In this document: in pieces, positions 16,014 through 25,620 of the stretch | How positions within the stretch are numbered: the first letter of the stretch is position 1 | Layout of the letters: every line of letters starts with the position of its first letter | Source: Pseudomonadota bacterium | Lineage (GTDB): Bacteria > Pseudomonadota > Alphaproteobacteria > Caulobacterales > Hyphomonadaceae | Direction: 5' to 3' | NCBI GenBank assembly: GCA_038527765.1 | Contig: JBCBFK010000004.1 | Span: forward strand, 192,970-256,969 | DNA: 64,000 nucleotides | Notes under the pieces: model-generated | The model's database searches: none | What the model saw: only the letters and a program-made list of their open reading frames with translations | Told to the model about the DNA's origin: nothing | Program-made: the position numbers and the translations under genes

Positions 16014-19000
16014 ATGACCGGTCGGACATCAGGGGTTCGCAGCATTCTGCTCGGGGCAATGGCATTTGCGCTGGCGGCTTGCGGCGGAGGAGGCAATACC
16101 TCTGATGAAATTCCACCGCCGCCTGAAGAGGCCGAAGGTCAAGTCGTCGAGCGCTCTCGCTCAGCGCAAGTGGCTGCGGATCGGCGCGAACGCGAACGCC
16201 AGAGGCTTGCGCAACGTGACGGAGAAGAGCGCTTTGCCTACGTTCGTTACGCTCCTGATACCAGCGATAGCCTGCCAAAGGCCTGCTTGGTCTTCTCAGA
16301 GCCCCTCGACCCAAATGCGGATTATTCGATTTATGCACCCATGGATGGCGACGTTGAGGTCGCTTATAACGTTAATGGCGAACAACTCTGCTTGAACGGC
16401 CTCAGTTTCGCCGCCTCGTACACCCTCACGCTCACCGAAGGTCTGCCGTCAGAGGATGGCGATGAATTGGGCCGCGAGGAAGAAGTTCAAATCAGTTTCG
16501 AAGACCGCCCGCCATATGTCGGCTTTAGTGGCTCCGGTGTGATCCTGCCGCGTGAGGATGCTGACGGTCTCGCAATCGAGACGGTGAATGTCGACCAAGT
16601 GAAAGTCAAAGTCTCACGGGTCAACGATCGCGCCCTAGCGTTTAAATCCGTGACACAAGGGACGGAAAGTCAGCAAGGGCGATACTCTTACGTTTACGGC
16701 AATGAAAATCCGAGCGATCTCTCTTCAGAAGTCTGGTCTGGTGCAATGGAAATCCAGAATGTCAAAAATGCACCGGTCGTGACGGTCTTCCCACTGCCTG
16801 ACGTCATTGGAACACTTGAACCCGGGGCTTACTTTATTGAGCTGACCGATGGGATTGAGTTGGATCGTTATGAAGGGCCACCTGCCTCGGCCAAGCGGTG
16901 GGTAATGCTCACCGATCTAGCGCTGACGGCTTATCGCAGCCAATCCGGCCTCGATGTCACGCTTCGTTCGCTACAAGATGGACGCGTTATGCCGAACACG
17001 CCGGTTCAGCTCATCGCGCGCAATAATGAAGTCTTGAGCGAAGCTGCTACGGGCGTGGATGGACGGGTCACCTTCAATCCCGAACTCTTAGCGGGCACCG
17101 GCAATGTCGCGCCAAAACTGGTGCTGGCGTCCGGGCTGAAAGGCGATACCGCCATTCTTGATCTGTCACGTGCGCCCGTCGATCTATCCGAGCTGGATAC
17201 GGGCGGTCGTATGACGCCTGGAGAGATTGACGCGTATCTCTACACGGAGCGCGGCATCTATCGTCCAGGTGAGACCGTTCATTTGTCCGCGATGATGCGG
17301 GACCGTGCCGGACGGGCCATCGCGGAGCGGAACGGCACGCTTATCACGTATCGCCCGAATGGCATGGAAGCTTTCCGAGTCCGCTTCGCTGTCGGCGAAG
17401 CCGGGGCCCTGCAACGCGATATTGAATTGCCGCGTAGCGCGTCCCGAGGGATGTGGCGCAGCACGCTAGAAATCGATGGTTTAGGCCAAGTCGGCTCTGT
17501 CGCTTATGCCGTTGAAGACTTTGTTCCGCAACGCATTGCTGTTGAGCTCGAAACCGAAGACGCCCCGTTTCTTCCCGGCGATGACGCACGCGACATCGAT
17601 GTCTCAGCCCGGTTTCTTTACGGGGCACCTGGCGCGGCGCTCACGGTCAAAGCGCAAACCCGCGTTGAAGTCGATCCTAATCCATTTGGATATATTGGGT
17701 TTAGCTGGGGTCCTCATGATGGGAGTTTCCGCGAGCAAATCATAGATCTGGACGATCGGACAACCGATGGCAGCGGTTTCGCGACTGTGCGCCTCGCGCC
17801 GGGCAATCGCGGCCAAAACGCTGAAATTCCCTTGCGCTTGAACACGGTCGTCAATGTGCTTGAGCCCGGAGGGCGCGCGGTCGCAGAGAGCGTGCGGATT
17901 CCGTATCGCCCGCAGAATCTCTACCTCGGGATCAAGCCGAGCTTTGACGGACGTCTGGGCTACGAGGAAGAAGGAAACTTTGAAATCGCTGCGCTCGGGG
18001 CCGACGGCGAAGGCCAGGTCGAGGACCTGCGTTGGAAAATCCTTGAGATCAATTATCACTATGATTGGTATCGCGAAGAAGGGCGCTGGAAATGGCGTCG
18101 TTCGCGGACGGTCCGGACCGTCAATGAGGGTGGGATCAGGACCCAAAACGGCGCGGCGATGATCACGGTTTCAGGCCTCGAGTGGGGCGCACACGAACTG
18201 ATTATCGAAGCTGAGGATGGCAGCACTTCCAGCCGGGCCTTCAATGTCGGGTGGGGCGGAAGCGTCTCCAGCGATGGGGTTGAGGCTCCCGACCGCGTTG
18301 AAGTCGTGGTGGAAGAACAGCAAATCGTCTCCGGCCGCCCCGCGGCGCTGACCATCATCCCACCTTATGATGGCGAGGCCCAAATTGTCGTCGCAACGGA
18401 CCGCGTTCTCTCGATTGAGACCCGGCAAGTCCAAGCGTCGGGAACATCGATCACCCTACCAGTCTCTGATGATTGGGGCGAAGGCGCTTATGTCATGGTC
18501 AATGTCTACACGCCCCGGGACCCGGTGGTTCAGTCTAAGCCGCGTCGGGCTGTCGGGGTCGGATATGTTCCGGTCAATCTCGAAACCCGCACATTCAATG
18601 TCGATATCGAAGCGCCGGAATTGGTGCGGCCCGGCCGCGTTCAATCGATCAAAGTGTCGCTCGAAGGAGGCCCGCGCGAAAAGGCATACGTGACGCTGGC
18701 GGCTGTGGACGAAGGCATCCTGCGTTTGACCAAGTTTTCGAGCCCGGATCCCACCGATTGGTACTTTGGCAAGAAAGCCATGGGTCTGTCGCTCTATGAC
18801 GATTATGGCCGCTTGCTCGATCCGAACCTTGGACTGCCCGCAGAAGTCCGGACAGGCGGTGACCAACTTGGCGGAGAAGGCTTGTCCGTGGTGCCAACTC
18901 AAACCGTTGCTCTGTTCAGCGGCGTCGTCGAGGTCGGCCGCGGCGGAGAAGCTGAGATCGAATTTGAATTGCCGGAGTTTAATGGCGAATTGCGCCTGAT

Positions 19001-20969
19001 GGCGGTGGCTTGGTCGCAAACAGGGCTCGGCGCCGCCGACCAGTCCATGACCATTCGCCGCGAAGCCCCAGTGGATCTGATCCTCCCACGCTTTTTAGCT
19101 CCGGGGGACGAAGCCGTGGCGACGGTGAGCATCGATAATATCGAACTTTCCGACGGGAGTTTCAGTGCAAATTTGACCGCCTCAGCGCCGTTGAGTGTCC
19201 CCGCTGCAGAGCTATCAAAAGTAATTCCGTCAGGCACGCGGTCTGACGAGGGTGTGAGGTTCAGCGCTGAGGGCTCCGGCATCTCAGATCTGGCTTTGCG
19301 CGTTGAGGGACCGGACAATTACAATGTCACCCGGACCTATCAAATCGAAACCCGATCTGCGTTCTTGCCGGTCACGAATGTCGACCAAACGCTGATGGAA
19401 GAGGACCAGACCTATTCGCCGGACATCAGCCTGTTTGATGGGTTTGTGCCCGGCACAGCACGTATGACGGTGAGCTTTTCAGGCCTGCCGGTCGATCCGA
19501 ATGCGCTCTACAATTCGTTGGCGCGCTATCCTTATGGCTGCACCGAACAAACGATCAGTCGCGCCTTGCCATTGATCTATGCAGAGCAGCTGATCGAGGA
19601 CGGGGCTCGAGGTCCACAACCCGTCGCCAGAGATCGCGTCCAAGCAGCGGTGTCGCGTGTGCTGAACCGTCAAAGTGAAAATGGGGCGTTTGGGCTATGG
19701 CGTGCTGGCGATGGCTACGCGTCCCCATGGCTCGGTGCTTACACGACCGACTTCCTCTATCGCGCAAAAGAGCAAGGGTATGAGATACCGCAAGCCGCTC
19801 TGGATCGCGCCTATCAGTCGCTGCGATCCATCTCTCAAGGCGATGCCTGGCGTGTCTATGGCTATCAAACTGACGTGTATGAGAGCCGCTATCACGATGA
19901 TACTGAGAAAAAGCTGATGCAACGCTCAGCGCCTTACGCGCTGTATGTGCTTGCCCGCGCTGGCAAGGCGGATGTATCTCGGCTGCGCTATTTGCACGAT
20001 CGTGAACTAGCAGACATGCGCTCACCACTGGCCAAAGCACATCTCGCGGCGGCCCTGTCATATATGGGCGATCGCGCCCGCGCCTTCAGCGCCTTCAACG
20101 CTGCCGAAGACGCCCTCGGATTTGAGAATAGTGGTGACTATTACCAAACCCCATTGCGCGACCTGTCTGGCGTTTTGGCCTTGGCTGCAGAAGCGGGCTT
20201 CAATGACCACGTCGCGAGGCTGGCGGAGCGCATCAGTGAAGATACCCCGGAACCCGATCGCCTGACCACTCAGGAGAAAGCCTTCATGCTGCTCGCGGTC
20301 GGGAGTTTATCCCAAGAGGATGGCTTGCGTCTGGATGTGGATGGCCTGGGGCGCAATAGCGACAATGATCGGCGCTACTTCGTGAGCCCGGATCAAGTTG
20401 AGCGGGGCGTGAGTTTCCGTCTACGCCGAGGATCGAATCCTGTGTTTCGCACCGTCATGGTGACGGGATCGCCCGAAAGTGCGCCCAATCCCGTTAGCGA
20501 AAAGCTGTCTGTCAGCAAGCGCGTTCGATCGATGCGAGGCGCGCGGGTCAATCTCGGGGATCTGACGCAGGGCGATCAATTCGTTGTCGCTTTGACGCTA
20601 TCCCCCCGCGAGCGTCGCAACAATCCGGTCATTTTAGAGGATCTGCTTCCGGCGGGCTTTGAAATCGAAACGGTCCTTCGCCCCGCAGACGGTGATCGAG
20701 AGTTCGGGCCCGACGGCGCCTTCGCCTGGGTGGGTGAAATTGATCAGGCGGAAACGGCAGAAGCGCGAGATGATCGCTTCGTCGCCGCGATTGATGTCGT
20801 CGGCGAAGACCGAACACTGGCTTATGTCGTGCGGGCCGTGACCCCAGGGACGTTCACGATGCCCGGCGTCGTGGCGGAAGATATGTATCGACCGGACGTG
20901 TTTGCCCGCTCTGCTGCAACCGAAATCACGATTGCACCGCAAGTGACGGGTCCCGGCGGTAGCCGATGA
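16014..20969 (+). CDS. Bacterial alpha-2-macroglobulin family lipoprotein (YfhM/ECAM type) with thioester
   Basis: 1651 aa with a signal peptide and lipobox (AFALAAC) and a thioester motif GCTEQ at nt 19539-19550. An ATGA overlap couples it to pbpC. Confidence 0.93.
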   Translation: MTGRTSGVRSILLGAMAFALAACGGGGNTSDEIPPPPEEAEGQVVERSRSAQVAADRRERERQRLAQRDGEERFAYVRYAPDTSDSLPKACLVFSEPLDPNADYSIYAPMDGDVEVAYNVNGEQLCLNGLSFAASYTLTLTEGLPSEDGDELGREEEVQISFEDRPPYVGFSGSGVILPREDADGLAIETVNVDQVKVKVSRVNDRALAFKSVTQGTESQQGRYSYVYGNENPSDLSSEVWSGAMEIQNVKNAPVVTVFPLPDVIGTLEPGAYFIELTDGIELDRYEGPPASAKRWVMLTDLALTAYRSQSGLDVTLRSLQDGRVMPNTPVQLIARNNEVLSEAATGVDGRVTFNPELLAGTGNVAPKLVLASGLKGDTAILDLSRAPVDLSELDTGGRMTPGEIDAYLYTERGIYRPGETVHLSAMMRDRAGRAIAERNGTLITYRPNGMEAFRVRFAVGEAGALQRDIELPRSASRGMWRSTLEIDGLGQVGSVAYAVEDFVPQRIAVELETEDAPFLPGDDARDIDVSARFLYGAPGAALTVKAQTRVEVDPNPFGYIGFSWGPHDGSFREQIIDLDDRTTDGSGFATVRLAPGNRGQNAEIPLRLNTVVNVLEPGGRAVAESVRIPYRPQNLYLGIKPSFDGRLGYEEEGNFEIAALGADGEGQVEDLRWKILEINYHYDWYREEGRWKWRRSRTVRTVNEGGIRTQNGAAMITVSGLEWGAHELIIEAEDGSTSSRAFNVGWGGSVSSDGVEAPDRVEVVVEEQQIVSGRPAALTIIPPYDGEAQIVVATDRVLSIETRQVQASGTSITLPVSDDWGEGAYVMVNVYTPRDPVVQSKPRRAVGVGYVPVNLETRTFNVDIEAPELVRPGRVQSIKVSLEGGPREKAYVTLAAVDEGILRLTKFSSPDPTDWYFGKKAMGLSLYDDYGRLLDPNLGLPAEVRTGGDQLGGEGLSVVPTQTVALFSGVVEVGRGGEAEIEFELPEFNGELRLMAVAWSQTGLGAADQSMTIRREAPVDLILPRFLAPGDEAVATVSIDNIELSDGSFSANLTASAPLSVPAAELSKVIPSGTRSDEGVRFSAEGSGISDLALRVEGPDNYNVTRTYQIETRSAFLPVTNVDQTLMEEDQTYSPDISLFDGFVPGTARMTVSFSGLPVDPNALYNSLARYPYGCTEQTISRALPLIYAEQLIEDGARGPQPVARDRVQAAVSRVLNRQSENGAFGLWRAGDGYASPWLGAYTTDFLYRAKEQGYEIPQAALDRAYQSLRSISQGDAWRVYGYQTDVYESRYHDDTEKKLMQRSAPYALYVLARAGKADVSRLRYLHDRELADMRSPLAKAHLAAALSYMGDRARAFSAFNAAEDALGFENSGDYYQTPLRDLSGVLALAAEAGFNDHVARLAERISEDTPEPDRLTTQEKAFMLLAVGSLSQEDGLRLDVDGLGRNSDNDRRYFVSPDQVERGVSFRLRRGSNPVFRTVMVTGSPESAPNPVSEKLSVSKRVRSMRGARVNLGDLTQGDQFVVALTLSPRERRNNPVILEDLLPAGFEIETVLRPADGDREFGPDGAFAWVGEIDQAETAEARDDRFVAAIDVVGEDRTLAYVVRAVTPGTFTMPGVVAEDMYRPDVFARSAATEITIAPQVTGPGGSR

Positions 20970-23020
20970 CGTGGCTGAAGCGGTCAGCGATCCTGATTGC
21001 GGTATCGCTGACCGCCATTTTTGTCCTGGATAGAATCTTCCCACCGCCGATCGAGCGCGGTCGGGTGGTGTCTGTCATGATTTCGGATCGGGATGACCGT
21101 CCATTACGTGCGATCCCTCTGGCGACAGGGACGTGGCGGTTCGCCGCTGATCTCGACGAGATTGATCCGGTTTTCATCGAAGCCCTGCTTGAAGTCGAAG
21201 ATCAGCGATTCTGGTCACACGGCGGTACCGACTGGATCGGTATGACTCGCGCAGTGATCAGTTCTGCGAGTGCTGGTCGCGTGGTCTCCGGGGGCTCGAC
21301 CATTTCCATGCAGACCGCGCGCTTGCTGGAACCCAGGCCCAATCGGACCATTGGCGCGAAACTGATCGAAATCTGGCGTGCCCATCAAATCGAGTGGCGG
21401 CTCTCCAAGCGCGAGATTCTCGAACTCTATCTCACGCTGACGCCTTATGGCGGCAATCTGGAAGGCATACGAGCCGCCAGTTGGCGGTATTTCGGGCGCG
21501 CCCCAGACCGCTTATCAGACGATCAGATTGCTCTACTGATTGCCTTGCCCCAATCCCCTGAAGTGCGCCGTCCTGATCTGCGCCCTGAGGGGGCGCGCCG
21601 CGGGCGAGACGAGATCGTCGCCAAGCTCGAGCGTCTCGGCTACTTCCCTGAGCACCGCGCAGATGAGGCGCGCAACGCGTTCATTCCAGGCCGGCGGTAT
21701 GCGTTTCCAGACCGGGCCTGGCATGCGACGGGGCAGGCCGCGGATGATCGATCTAGAGACGTTCGATCCACTCTAGATGCCGGCTTGCAGGCGGAACTTG
21801 AGCAAATCGCGCGTCGTCATGTCCAGGACTTGGTTGAAGCAACCCAAGTTTCGATGCTCGTCGTGGATATCCCAACGCGGGCCGTTCGCGCTGCGGTCGG
21901 GTCGGCGGATCGTGACCGTCCGGGTGGTTGGCTTGATCTCACGGCGCAGGCTCGTTCTCCGGGATCGACCTTAAAACCCTTTATCTACGCGTTGGCCTTT
22001 GATGATGGCAGCGCGGCGCCTTCAACCCGTATCTCGGATCTGCCGAAACGCTTCGCCTCCTATCAGCCCGAGAACTTTGATCGTTTGTTTCGCGGCGACG
22101 TTCGCGTGTCTGAAGCCTTGCAGCACTCTCTCAACGTCCCGGCGGTGCTGACTTTGGATCGAATTGGTCCGCAACGCTTTGCGGCAGCATTAGCTCTGTC
22201 TGGCGCTTATCCGCGGATTTCGGGCGCTGCCCGCAAGGATCCGGGGCTTGCTTTGGCGCTCGGTGGGGCGGGGCTAACCGCTCAAGAGCTGGCTGTACTC
22301 TATGCCGCCCTGGGGGATGGCGGGCTTGCAAAGCCTCTGGTCTGGGATGCGGATGCGCTTGGGGAGGTCTCTAAGTCTTATCGATTGATGAGCTCTGAGA
22401 GCGCAGACCAGATCGTCAAAATCCTCAAAGAGACTCCCGCCCCGGCGGGACGTATGCCCGGACGGCTGACGGCGAACGCCCCGGATGTCGCATTTAAAAC
22501 CGGGACATCTTATGGGTTCAGAGATGCTTGGGCAGCGGGTGTCTCGGGCGATTATGCCATCATCATTTGGGTCGGGCGCGCAGATGGCGCGCCGCGCCCG
22601 GGAGAAACCGGTCGAAGCGCCGCGTTGCCGCTTTTGTTTGAAGTTGCTGATCGCGCCGCGCATCATCTTGGCGAAAGCGGATCTTCGATGACGCGTCTGA
22701 TGAGCGAGAAAACACCTCGAGCGAAAGGCGCCTTGGCGCAATTTGACGGCGCTAAAAAACCGCCGGAGATTCTGTTCCCGCCAAGAAATGCGGAACTATG
22801 GGCTGGTACGGTCGATGGCAAACCGGCCCGGCCATTTGTGTTTGCAGGGCGCGGGGAAGGGGCCTTGCGGTGGTATGTCGACGGATCACCGGTCAAACTC
22901 GATGATGGGGGGCTGCCCAGCTGGCGCCCTGACCGCGCTGGGTTTTATCGGGTGGCTGCGATTGATCCTGAGGGGCGCGCCAGCAGTGTTGAAATCCGTG
23001 TTTTAGGTGATGGGCAGTAG
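20966..23020 (+). CDS. pbpC: Penicillin-binding protein 1C
   Basis: 684 aa with the GT51 motif EDQRFWSHGGTD and transpeptidase motifs STLK, SLN and KTGTS. Its position directly after a2M is the classic pairing. Confidence 0.93.
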   Translation: MTWLKRSAILIAVSLTAIFVLDRIFPPPIERGRVVSVMISDRDDRPLRAIPLATGTWRFAADLDEIDPVFIEALLEVEDQRFWSHGGTDWIGMTRAVISSASAGRVVSGGSTISMQTARLLEPRPNRTIGAKLIEIWRAHQIEWRLSKREILELYLTLTPYGGNLEGIRAASWRYFGRAPDRLSDDQIALLIALPQSPEVRRPDLRPEGARRGRDEIVAKLERLGYFPEHRADEARNAFIPGRRYAFPDRAWHATGQAADDRSRDVRSTLDAGLQAELEQIARRHVQDLVEATQVSMLVVDIPTRAVRAAVGSADRDRPGGWLDLTAQARSPGSTLKPFIYALAFDDGSAAPSTRISDLPKRFASYQPENFDRLFRGDVRVSEALQHSLNVPAVLTLDRIGPQRFAAALALSGAYPRISGAARKDPGLALALGGAGLTAQELAVLYAALGDGGLAKPLVWDADALGEVSKSYRLMSSESADQIVKILKETPAPAGRMPGRLTANAPDVAFKTGTSYGFRDAWAAGVSGDYAIIIWVGRADGAPRPGETGRSAALPLLFEVADRAAHHLGESGSSMTRLMSEKTPRAKGALAQFDGAKKPPEILFPPRNAELWAGTVDGKPARPFVFAGRGEGALRWYVDGSPVKLDDGGLPSWRPDRAGFYRVAAIDPEGRASSVEIRVLGDGQ

Positions 23021-23889
23021 TGGAGATCACACTCGACCTTGCGCAGCGCTTGGTTGCGGATCAGTTCCCAGAATTTTCCGAGCTTTCAATAGAGCCTGTC
23101 GCCTCGGGCGGCACCGATAATGCGATCTTTCGCCTGGGCCCGGATCTCAGCCTTCGTCTGCCAAAGCGGCTCGATGCTGTGGGCCAGGTCGAGAAAGAGC
23201 AGATTTGGTTGCCGCGCCTGTCGCCTTTGCCTCTGCGCATTCCAAAGCCCGTGAAACAGGGCGCGCCGAGCCAGGGTTATCCACACCCTTGGTCAATCTA
23301 TGATTGGTGCCCCGGGAGTCCTTTGTTCGAAAGCGCGCCAAAAGACTGGCCCGAGACGGTCGATCAACTGGCGGAATTTCTCAAGGTCTTGCAGTCGAAA
23401 GACACGATGGGTGCACCAAAATCAGGTGCACAGAACCACTTCCGCGGTGTCGAACTGGAACGGCGTGATCCTCTCACGCGCGGTGCCATAGATGGCGTCT
23501 CTGATCTCTACGACGCAGCGACCATGACAAGCGTGTGGGAGACAAGCTTTGCGGCTCCGAAGTTTGCTGCCGAACCGGTTTGGCTGCATGGAGATTTGCA
23601 AGGCGGGAACCTTTTGGTTGCTCAGGGGCAGCTTGCAGCGGTGATCGACTTTGGTCTCAGCGGCATAGGGGATCCGGCTTGCGATTTGATCGTGGCGTGG
23701 TCGGTGTTGCCAGCCGCTGTTCGCAGCAGATTTCGGGTTTTAATGGATTGCGACGACGCCATGTGGCAGCGTGGCAAGGGGTGGGCGCTGTCTGTTGCCG
23801 TGATCGCGCTGGATTATTATCGAGACCGCAACGCACGGCTTTCGGCTATCTCTCGGCAAACCATTGAAGCCGTTTTGGAGCCGGATTGA
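23020..23889 (+). CDS. Aminoglycoside phosphotransferase (APH)/kinase-fold family protein
   Basis: GTG 23020 overlaps the pbpC stop TAG (23018-23020). The catalytic loop is HGDLQGGNLL, followed by VIDFG. Confidence 0.8.
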   Translation: MEITLDLAQRLVADQFPEFSELSIEPVASGGTDNAIFRLGPDLSLRLPKRLDAVGQVEKEQIWLPRLSPLPLRIPKPVKQGAPSQGYPHPWSIYDWCPGSPLFESAPKDWPETVDQLAEFLKVLQSKDTMGAPKSGAQNHFRGVELERRDPLTRGAIDGVSDLYDAATMTSVWETSFAAPKFAAEPVWLHGDLQGGNLLVAQGQLAAVIDFGLSGIGDPACDLIVAWSVLPAAVRSRFRVLMDCDDAMWQRGKGWALSVAVIALDYYRDRNARLSAISRQTIEAVLEPD

Positions 23890-23947
23890 TCTCGCTGACG
23901 CGTGGATAAGTCTGGACAGGGGCCTCGAAAAAAGTGACACTGGCGTC

Positions 23948-25447
23948 ATGAATAAGACCCATTATGACGTATTGATCGTAGGCGCCGGCCTTTCTGGCAT
24001 CGGCGCGGCTGTCCATCTGCAGAAAAAATGCCCAGGCCGGACGTACCAAATCCTGGAAATGCGAGAGGCGATGGGCGGAACATGGGACTTGTTCCGATAC
24101 CCAGGCATTCGCAGCGACAGTGACATGCACACGCTCGGCTTCAATTTTAAGCCTTGGGAGGCGGAAAAAGCGATCGCGGACGGCCCGGCAATCCGTGAAT
24201 ACATTCACGAGACAGCTGACGAGTATGGGATAAACGCCAACATTCGATATGGTCACAAAGTGATCAGCGCAGAGTGGGACAGCTCGACGGCGCAATGGAC
24301 CGTGCACATCAAGGTTGATGGCAAGCGCAACAAACAGAAATTCACCTGTAACTGGCTCCACATGTGCGCTGGCTATTATCGCTACGATCAAGGCTATACG
24401 CCCGAGTTTGAGGGACGGGATGACTTTAAAGGCGACATCATCCACCCGCAGCACTGGCCAGAAGATTATGACTATTCTGGCAAGAAAGTTGTCGTGATTG
24501 GATCTGGTGCGACCGCGATGACGCTGGTGCCGGCCATGACTGACAAGGCTGAGCATGTCACAATGCTTCAGCGGTCGCCGACCTATGTCGTTTCGCGTCC
24601 ATCGCATGACAAATTTGCCAATGGATTGCGCAAGTTCCTGCCGGGGATGATGGCGTATGGCATCACGCGGTGGCGCAATGTCCTGTTTCAACTGTTCTTC
24701 TACAATCGCACCCGCACCGCGCCGGATAAGGTGAAGGAAAAGCTTCTGGACATGACGCGCGCGGAGCTTGGTGACGAATATGTCGAAAAACACTTCACGC
24801 CGAAATATAATCCGTGGGATCAGCGCCTATGCCTGGTTCCTGACAGCGATCTTTTCGTCGCGCTGAAAGAAGAAAAAGCGTCCGTCGTGACCGATCATAT
24901 TGATCGCTTTACCGAAACCGGGATCAAACTGCAGTCGGGTGAAGAGCTTGAGGCGGATCTTATTGTGACCGCTACCGGATTGGACCTACAATTCATTGGC
25001 GGCGCCGAAGTCACGGTAGATGGTCGTTTGCAGAACATGCATGACTTGCTGAATTATCGCGGAGCCATGGTTTCTAATGTACCGAATATGAGCGCAGTCT
25101 TTGGGTACACAAACGCGAGCTGGACGCTCCGCGCGGATTTGACCAGCGAGTACATGTGCAAGGTGCTCAATCATATGGAGCGGGAAAACTTTGTTGAAGC
25201 GCGTCCCGTTGCTGATGGCGTTGAGGCCGACTCTGACTTCCTGGATTTCTCTTCGGGCTATGTTCAGCGGGCGATGGAGCGGTTCCCACAGCAGGGCAAA
25301 TCTGCGCCGTGGATCATCACGCAAAACTATGCCCGGGACATCTTTTTGATGCGTCACGGGAAACTCGAGGATGGCGCCTTAATCTTCCGACGGATGCACG
25401 AAACGGTCGAGCAAGTCGCCAGCGTCACGCCCGTCGCCGCGGAATAG
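23948..25447 (+). CDS. Baeyer-Villiger type flavin-containing monooxygenase
   Basis: It has the FAD motif GAGLSGIG, the BVMO fingerprint FKGDIIHPQHWP and the NADP motif GSGATA. ATG 23948 is preferred over the longest ORF start at 23864, which overlaps the APH gene. Confidence 0.88.
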   Translation: MNKTHYDVLIVGAGLSGIGAAVHLQKKCPGRTYQILEMREAMGGTWDLFRYPGIRSDSDMHTLGFNFKPWEAEKAIADGPAIREYIHETADEYGINANIRYGHKVISAEWDSSTAQWTVHIKVDGKRNKQKFTCNWLHMCAGYYRYDQGYTPEFEGRDDFKGDIIHPQHWPEDYDYSGKKVVVIGSGATAMTLVPAMTDKAEHVTMLQRSPTYVVSRPSHDKFANGLRKFLPGMMAYGITRWRNVLFQLFFYNRTRTAPDKVKEKLLDMTRAELGDEYVEKHFTPKYNPWDQRLCLVPDSDLFVALKEEKASVVTDHIDRFTETGIKLQSGEELEADLIVTATGLDLQFIGGAEVTVDGRLQNMHDLLNYRGAMVSNVPNMSAVFGYTNASWTLRADLTSEYMCKVLNHMERENFVEARPVADGVEADSDFLDFSSGYVQRAMERFPQQGKSAPWIITQNYARDIFLMRHGKLEDGALIFRRMHETVEQVASVTPVAAE

Positions 25448-25478
25448 AACCGATTGCAGACAGAGTCGTAATTCAATC

Positions 25479-25507
25479 TTGAACGCAGACGCGCTCCGGC
25501 GTATGTG
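25479..25507 (+). promoter_or_regulatory. Candidate sigma70-type promoter for tRNA-His
   Basis: TTGAAC (25479-25484), a 17-nt spacer, then TATGTG (25502-25507). The -10 element ends 12 nt before the tRNA 5' end. Confidence 0.35.
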
Positions 25508-25519
25508 GGGCGTTCGAGT

Positions 25520-25596
25520 GCAGCCTTAGCTCAGTTGGTTAGAGCGCCGGTTTGTGGAGCCGGAGGTCCTTGGTTCGAACCCAAGAGGCTGTACCA
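25520..25596 (+). tRNA. tRNA-His (anticodon GTG), CCA encoded, no encoded G-1
   Basis: Cloverleaf read by eye: acceptor GCAGCCT/AGGCTGT (G1-U72), D arm GCTC..GAGC, anticodon stem CCGGT/GCCGG with loop TTGTGGA, T arm CTTGG-TTCGAAC-CCAAG, and discriminator A73. Base 25519 is T. Confidence 0.93.
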
Positions 25597-25620
25597 TCCA
25601 ATCCTTGCATCCAAACACGC

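Noticed and set aside
15905-16096. Longer N-terminus of the BaiN-like flavoprotein, up to 16096.
   Set aside because: It would overlap the divergent a2M start (16014). It would also add about 60 residues before the GGGAAG dinucleotide motif, whereas family members start just before that motif.
23846-24793. A 315-aa ORF antisense to the Baeyer-Villiger monooxygenase gene.
   Set aside because: It is a shadow ORF with no motifs that fully overlaps a well-supported gene. The same reasoning applies to the antisense ORFs at 6690-7301, 25552-26133, 27409-28089, 42258-42962 and 10503-11093.
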